Shown here piece after piece: positions 60,601 through 64,000 of a DNA stretch of 64,000 bases. Position numbers and translations under genes: made by a program. The notes beneath the pieces were generated by a model that searched no databases, was not told the origin of the DNA, and saw nothing but the letters and a program-made list of their open reading frames with translations. Each line of letters opens with the position of its first letter. Within the stretch, counting starts at the first letter, position 1. This DNA comes from a bacterium (GTDB lineage Bacteria; Hinthialibacterota; Hinthialibacteria; Hinthialibacterales; Hinthialibacteraceae), in contig CAXXMV010000008.1 in NCBI GenBank assembly GCA_963662285.2, forward strand, positions 608,001 to 672,000, in the 5' to 3' direction.

Positions 60601-60684
60601 GCCTGGATGCTGGGCGTGAGAAATTGGCGTCATAACGATCAGGATCGTGAATAGGAACGTGTATTTGATAACCGTTTTCATCAA
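57646..60684 (-). CDS. Sensor histidine kinase: periplasmic beta-propeller + Y_Y_Y domain, HisKA_3 + HATPase
   Basis: Signal peptide; DxxGxIW propeller repeats; QYSYCLDD...GNHQLKV; TM; ERERRKLASDLHDSLSQ, ELLMNITKHA, DDGIG and GYGLFGLRER. Confidence 0.92.
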   Translation of the reverse strand: MMKTVIKYTFLFTILIVMTPISHAQHPGVWSYFPEIPLPFTVNFTPEGDILIHNHETVFIYDGYEIKTIPVDSRLGEIQQDKQGRIWSVYNDQSQIMPPDYFGMIMYDPAKKQWQKFPIADLQGKAIWDTDCFEFYESDLLIMTNQEKFFSYDLDTGKSQDILLREETSHEFFQSINKGSTKGVFWGIGDQGIFRFTRNAQGEWTWREYPLPGADHRKIQRYPIVLTDQEIYVRVDEQGAGLTFSFLMRFNGEGWEKLTQNYPFQFRNGWADSLGRIWITGELTGLIYMQEPGEDVQTIEGNDILGLAFVHSVFSKDDIALYGSTGGLIRHAPVLWQPPTKVNPHFQISDKVLGTDGNGNLWLARPGQLIREQENEIHRYDRKTVDQIEDLENINIDLQCHPLADGRTVLYIYKNGYDPKLNQLIVYDASADLIESVTHFGKSLLNGFPGPNQTIYFICKDNQTNLLSVEQYDGNTYRLIANGNAIPGLDERTRVFYTSAGDIWLLNVYRGPFGIIRGGHYQTIEPPVKYKPDSPGSAFLELSDGTIWAGFGYAVFEYDNGQWRKKLDCNEDVGITQLLESHDGDIWAVARKRIYRWKDGIWTYHNYKEGLPSSTYLSIFEDHQQRIWANTRTGDRLFCPEADIDPPIINIPEDENNQKFLPHVNVRIIFTAEDRWKYTDKDKLQYSYCLDDGDWSSYSYNAFSVFPKLETGNHQLKVTAIDVNYNQAAIPAVWEFEVLAPWYKEPVFILIMTLALIIIIVLLILLGSKYFNLARLVAERTEHLANANEQLLSHREKLQALTSELFLIEERERRKLASDLHDSLSQSLALSMLELSSLAKVKAVEEIKDQASRIRKRLDQTLQSTRDLTYQLCPPLLYQAGLGPAIAQLAEEFQGHHGFVVDFQESGGSESLAEELRYFLFRATRELLMNITKHAQASHVDVSLMLDKDTIQIQVSDDGIGLILQKTTNRMSDQGGYGLFGLRERATRMGGELDIQSIPNQGTIVRLTIPLQ

Positions 60685-61297
60685 TCAATTACTCATCTGA
60701 AAAAATAAAAATTAGAATGTTTAAAACCAGCCCGGTCATAATCCCTTCTTTTTATATCGTTGTATTATGATGGTTTTGAATTAATTATATACGGATGGAA
60801 GGAGATACAGTCGACTCACCAAAAAAGAAGGGGGTGATGAGTCGGCATAAAAGAAAGCCGAATCAGAAATAGGTATTTTGTCAACTCATATGAAAACTTG
60901 AATTTTGGCTATCTGTAATCGTAAATATTAAAAAATGAATATTTGTGTAATCCAAATCATGAATATTTTTCAGGAGACCATAATTCTATTAACTATAAAA
61001 TATTATTATCGTTTTTCATATTAAAATTAATTCAATGTTCGCGCAAGCATAAATAACTAATTGTTAAGCATTTAACGATGATTCTACCATTAGATAATCC
61101 TCTTTCATTCACACAAAATATATTATATAAATAAATAAACAAATAATGGCATTTTAATTGCATTATCAAGGATAAATTGTAATTACTTATAAGGTGATTT
61201 TGTTAATTTAGATTGGATATGGTTATAAAAAATAGTTTTTGATAACTTTTTATCGTTTCTTCATCTATGTGAATAGAATAGGGGGGGGGGGAAAAAA

Positions 61298-62434
61298 ATG
61301 AAGAAAATTTATCTGAATAATGCTGCAAGTGGATGGCCTAAGGCTGAGGGAGTTTTAGAGTCCGTAAGCCAATCCTTGCAAACTCCCCCCTATCATCCAG
61401 GACGCGTTGCTTCAAAAGAAAACGACTTTTTGAATGAATGCAGGCTTGGTATTGCATCATTAGTAGAAATAGAAGATTCTTCCCGGATCATCCTTACTAA
61501 CCATGCTACACATGCTTTGAACCTCGCCATACAAGGTATTGGCTTGAACAATCAATCTCACGTTATCACAACGGTTACTGAACATAACTCAGTTCTTCGT
61601 CCATTACAACACATTAAACAGCGCTGCCCGGATTTACAAATAACAGTGATTGGTTTAGATTCCTCCGGTTCAATCGACGAAGAAGCGTTCACCCGGTCCT
61701 TAACATGCAACCCCAGCCTTGTTGTGATTAACCATTCATCCAATGTGACAGGCCGGATTAACAATGTAGCAAATTTTTTTCATAAAGCCCAAAAAGCCGG
61801 CGCCATTACACTTCTGGACGCCGCTCAAACATTCGGGTGCATTCCCGTCCCGGCAGAAAAACTCCATGCCGACATGATCGCTTTTACCGGACATAAAGGA
61901 CTCCACGGTCCCACAGGAACGGGCGGTCTATATGTTCGTCATGGTCTTGATTTAGAGCAAATTTATGTTGGAGGAACGGGCGTCCGGAGCGATTTGATGT
62001 TGCATCCAACCGATATGCCCATCCGGTTGGAAGCGGGGACGCCCAATTTTCAAGGTTTTTCCGGCTTGGCGGCGTCCCTGAAATGGAACAAAAACCATGG
62101 AGACGAGTTTTCTCAAAAAGCCAACCGCCACGCCAATACTTTGCGAAGCCGCCTGGCGGAAATACCGAAAGTAACCTTATTTGATTCACAAAATAACTGT
62201 GAGCGGACAGCAGTGGTTTCCTTTCGTATCCAGGGATGGGAAGTCGAAGAATTAGGATATGTGCTGGCTGAAAGTTTCGACATTATTTGCCGGTCCGGTT
62301 TACATTGCGCACCATTGATTCACAACAGTATACAAAGCGCTCCGGAAGGAACCATCCGGTTCAGCCCTTCTGGTTTCACAACAGACGAAGAGATAGAAAA
62401 ATCAATTCAAGCCGTGGTAAAAATTGCATCATGA
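61298..62434 (+). CDS. Cysteine desulfurase-like class V PLP enzyme
   Basis: YLNNAA, TEHNSV, DAAQ, FTGHKGL, EAGTPN and CRSGLHCAP (catalytic Cys). Confidence 0.9.
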   Translation: MKKIYLNNAASGWPKAEGVLESVSQSLQTPPYHPGRVASKENDFLNECRLGIASLVEIEDSSRIILTNHATHALNLAIQGIGLNNQSHVITTVTEHNSVLRPLQHIKQRCPDLQITVIGLDSSGSIDEEAFTRSLTCNPSLVVINHSSNVTGRINNVANFFHKAQKAGAITLLDAAQTFGCIPVPAEKLHADMIAFTGHKGLHGPTGTGGLYVRHGLDLEQIYVGGTGVRSDLMLHPTDMPIRLEAGTPNFQGFSGLAASLKWNKNHGDEFSQKANRHANTLRSRLAEIPKVTLFDSQNNCERTAVVSFRIQGWEVEELGYVLAESFDIICRSGLHCAPLIHNSIQSAPEGTIRFSPSGFTTDEEIEKSIQAVVKIAS

Positions 62435-62739
62435 AAATCAAAGAGATCAACAAAATAGAAGATTGCTTCGATGGAAGTTCCGTTTTTGGATACATCTTTG
62501 ATGAAGAATGGACCAAGGCACAAATTCACCGCCTCCATTCGTTAGGAATCCTGGAGTATTTCTCCGATTTCCCGCGTCCTTTTTTTCGAGTGCGCAGCGA
62601 AGGCGGAGCACAAATAAAAGGTGTTGAAGGAGAGAAAAATTGCCGGGCAATTTTCCCGAAACGAAGAAAGGAGGATATTAAATCGGCTTTCGAAAAAATG
62701 TTTCAAGATGACATTATTACCAATAATCCAAGCAGATAA
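62431..62739 (+). CDS. Small hypothetical protein (102 aa, EDCFDGS motif)
   Basis: ATG at 62431 overlaps the desulfurase stop (ATGA); reads MKIKEINKIEDCFDGS...FPRPFFR. Confidence 0.7.
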   Translation: MKIKEINKIEDCFDGSSVFGYIFDEEWTKAQIHRLHSLGILEYFSDFPRPFFRVRSEGGAQIKGVEGEKNCRAIFPKRRKEDIKSAFEKMFQDDIITNNPSR

Positions 62740-62769
62740 TTAAACATTACATAATATAGGAGTTAAAAC

Positions 62770-63681
62770 ATGCAAATGAAATTCAAAACAGGGATTGTAA
62801 TGCTTCTTTCAATATTAACATTCATTTTGTTGGTTCCCGCAGTTGTAATCGCCCAGGATTCCCCCCCTCCTCTACCAGCGATTGGCATTGAAGGATATGG
62901 CGGGCTATTTGGAACCTATACTGCTTATTTAGTAAATTCGGCAAAAGAAGATGCAATATTTGGCATGCCCAGTGTAGCGTATACATACGTAAACTTGGGT
63001 CAAGGAAGGCATATCAATTCGTTCGCCCTTACAGAAACGCTCTGGGACCGTGTTGAATTGGGATACGCATACAACCTAATGGATCTGGGCGACTTGCCTC
63101 AAGCGGCTGGATTCAGTGATGACACCGTTGGATTGCATAATTTTAATACCCGCTTTGCTTTAATCAAAGAAGGGGACTTTGACCTTCCCTGGATGCCGGC
63201 AATCACTGCAGGGATTCATTATAAATATAACGATACTATCGATGACATCAATTCCGATCTAGGCGGCGCATTGCGGGGAATTGGAATCGCTGACAACGAT
63301 GGAGTAGATTTCACACTCTATGGAACCAAATTGATAACCGCTCTGCCTCGACCTGTCTTGATCGATCTTGGCATTCGCGCCACCGAAGCCGCTCATATCG
63401 GTTTATTGGGTTTCACGGATGACTACGAAGTCATGCTGGAAGGAAACCTCTTTGTATTTGCTACAGATAAATTCCTCGTTGGCGGTGAATACCGCATGAA
63501 GCCAAACGAATACAACCGTATACCGGGTCTGATCGAAGCGGAAGACGATTGGTGGACCCTTTGCGTATGCTACATCGTTAATGACAATATGACGATTTCC
63601 GGCGGCTACGGCCATTTCGGAGATGTCCTGAACCACGAGGCAAACGGCGCCTGGGCTCTTCGCGTCAAATGGGAATTCTAA
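62770..63681 (+). CDS. DUF3034-like outer-membrane beta-barrel protein
   Basis: Signal peptide; IEGYGG, DRVELGYA, GVDFTLYGTKL, GGEYRMKP, EAEDDW; C-terminal Phe (LRVKWEF). Confidence 0.75.
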   Translation: MQMKFKTGIVMLLSILTFILLVPAVVIAQDSPPPLPAIGIEGYGGLFGTYTAYLVNSAKEDAIFGMPSVAYTYVNLGQGRHINSFALTETLWDRVELGYAYNLMDLGDLPQAAGFSDDTVGLHNFNTRFALIKEGDFDLPWMPAITAGIHYKYNDTIDDINSDLGGALRGIGIADNDGVDFTLYGTKLITALPRPVLIDLGIRATEAAHIGLLGFTDDYEVMLEGNLFVFATDKFLVGGEYRMKPNEYNRIPGLIEAEDDWWTLCVCYIVNDNMTISGGYGHFGDVLNHEANGAWALRVKWEF

Positions 63682-63759
63682 CAATATGCACTCGGTGTAT
63701 ATAAGACGCATACAAAAAATTCATAACGTTCTGACAAATCAGAAGAAAGGAGTACTCGA

Positions 63760-63951
63760 ATGGGTGCTAAATTAAAACAACTTTATGATTTCGCCCAACA
63801 AGCAGGGGGGATCGAAGCTAAAATGCGGCTTGCTGTTATGACCGGTATCTCATCGATGAAAGCCGACTCAGAAGCTGACTCACCCGATAATATCGCCAAA
63901 TTAAAAAAAGCGATCAAAGAAATAACTGGAAAAGACGCTCCAATAAGCTGA
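63760..63951 (+). CDS. Small helical hypothetical protein (63 aa)
   Basis: AAAGGAG RBS; plausible amphipathic helical sequence. Confidence 0.75.
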   Translation: MGAKLKQLYDFAQQAGGIEAKMRLAVMTGISSMKADSEADSPDNIAKLKKAIKEITGKDAPIS

Positions 63952-63976
63952 TCCAACGAAAGAAAGGAGACTATTC

Positions 63977-64000
63977 ATGGCTATTATTAAAAAGACTGAA
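63977..64000 (+). CDS. Start of a CDS truncated by the window edge (MAIIKKTE...)
   Basis: AAAGGAG RBS 7 nt before ATG 63977; frame open to the window end. Confidence 0.6.

Noticed and set aside
60811-60846. Imperfect hairpin CGACTCACC...GGTGATGAGTCG as a riboswitch or sRNA
   Set aside because: No recognisable riboswitch consensus; structure too weak to call.

Overview
Bacterial chromosomal window of moderate GC from a diderm, carbohydrate-rich organism. Several Tat-exported sugar enzymes and an unusual C-terminal tail on secreted proteins suggest an uncultured PVC-like or Ca. Hinthialibacterota-like lineage; this is inference only. Housekeeping genes include dnaG, ispH and a ROK kinase. Other content: two DUF115/Maf paralogues, a GT4 + Wzx pair, sugar uptake and catabolism loci (SSS + GH130; an operon with a class-III aminotransferase, FGGY kinase, AraA-like isomerase, SSS, amidohydrolase and Gfo), an MBOAT/AlgJ-type acylation cluster, an RND pump, a NarL-type three-gene signalling module, and the start of an operon with a cysteine desulfurase and a DUF3034-like barrel. 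The most striking feature is a very AT-rich island directly after dnaG (about 10.3-16.3 kb). It encodes an HTH protein, a GT-C-like membrane protein, a DUF1573 protein, an exported protein, and a hidden 175-aa exported, acidic protein with 14 Cys in its mature part. That gene is split by a single-ORF IS66 with perfect terminal repeats and an 8-bp target duplication, and is seen only after removing the IS in silico. Also found: a nested REP/RAYT relic, a thymidylate-kinase-like pseudogene, a probable ATT start codon, and a shared [ST]S[IV]xxF[AS]LYx-stop tail on two unrelated secreted proteins. No rRNA, tRNA or CRISPR array was recognised. All family calls are by motif recognition by eye, not database searches.
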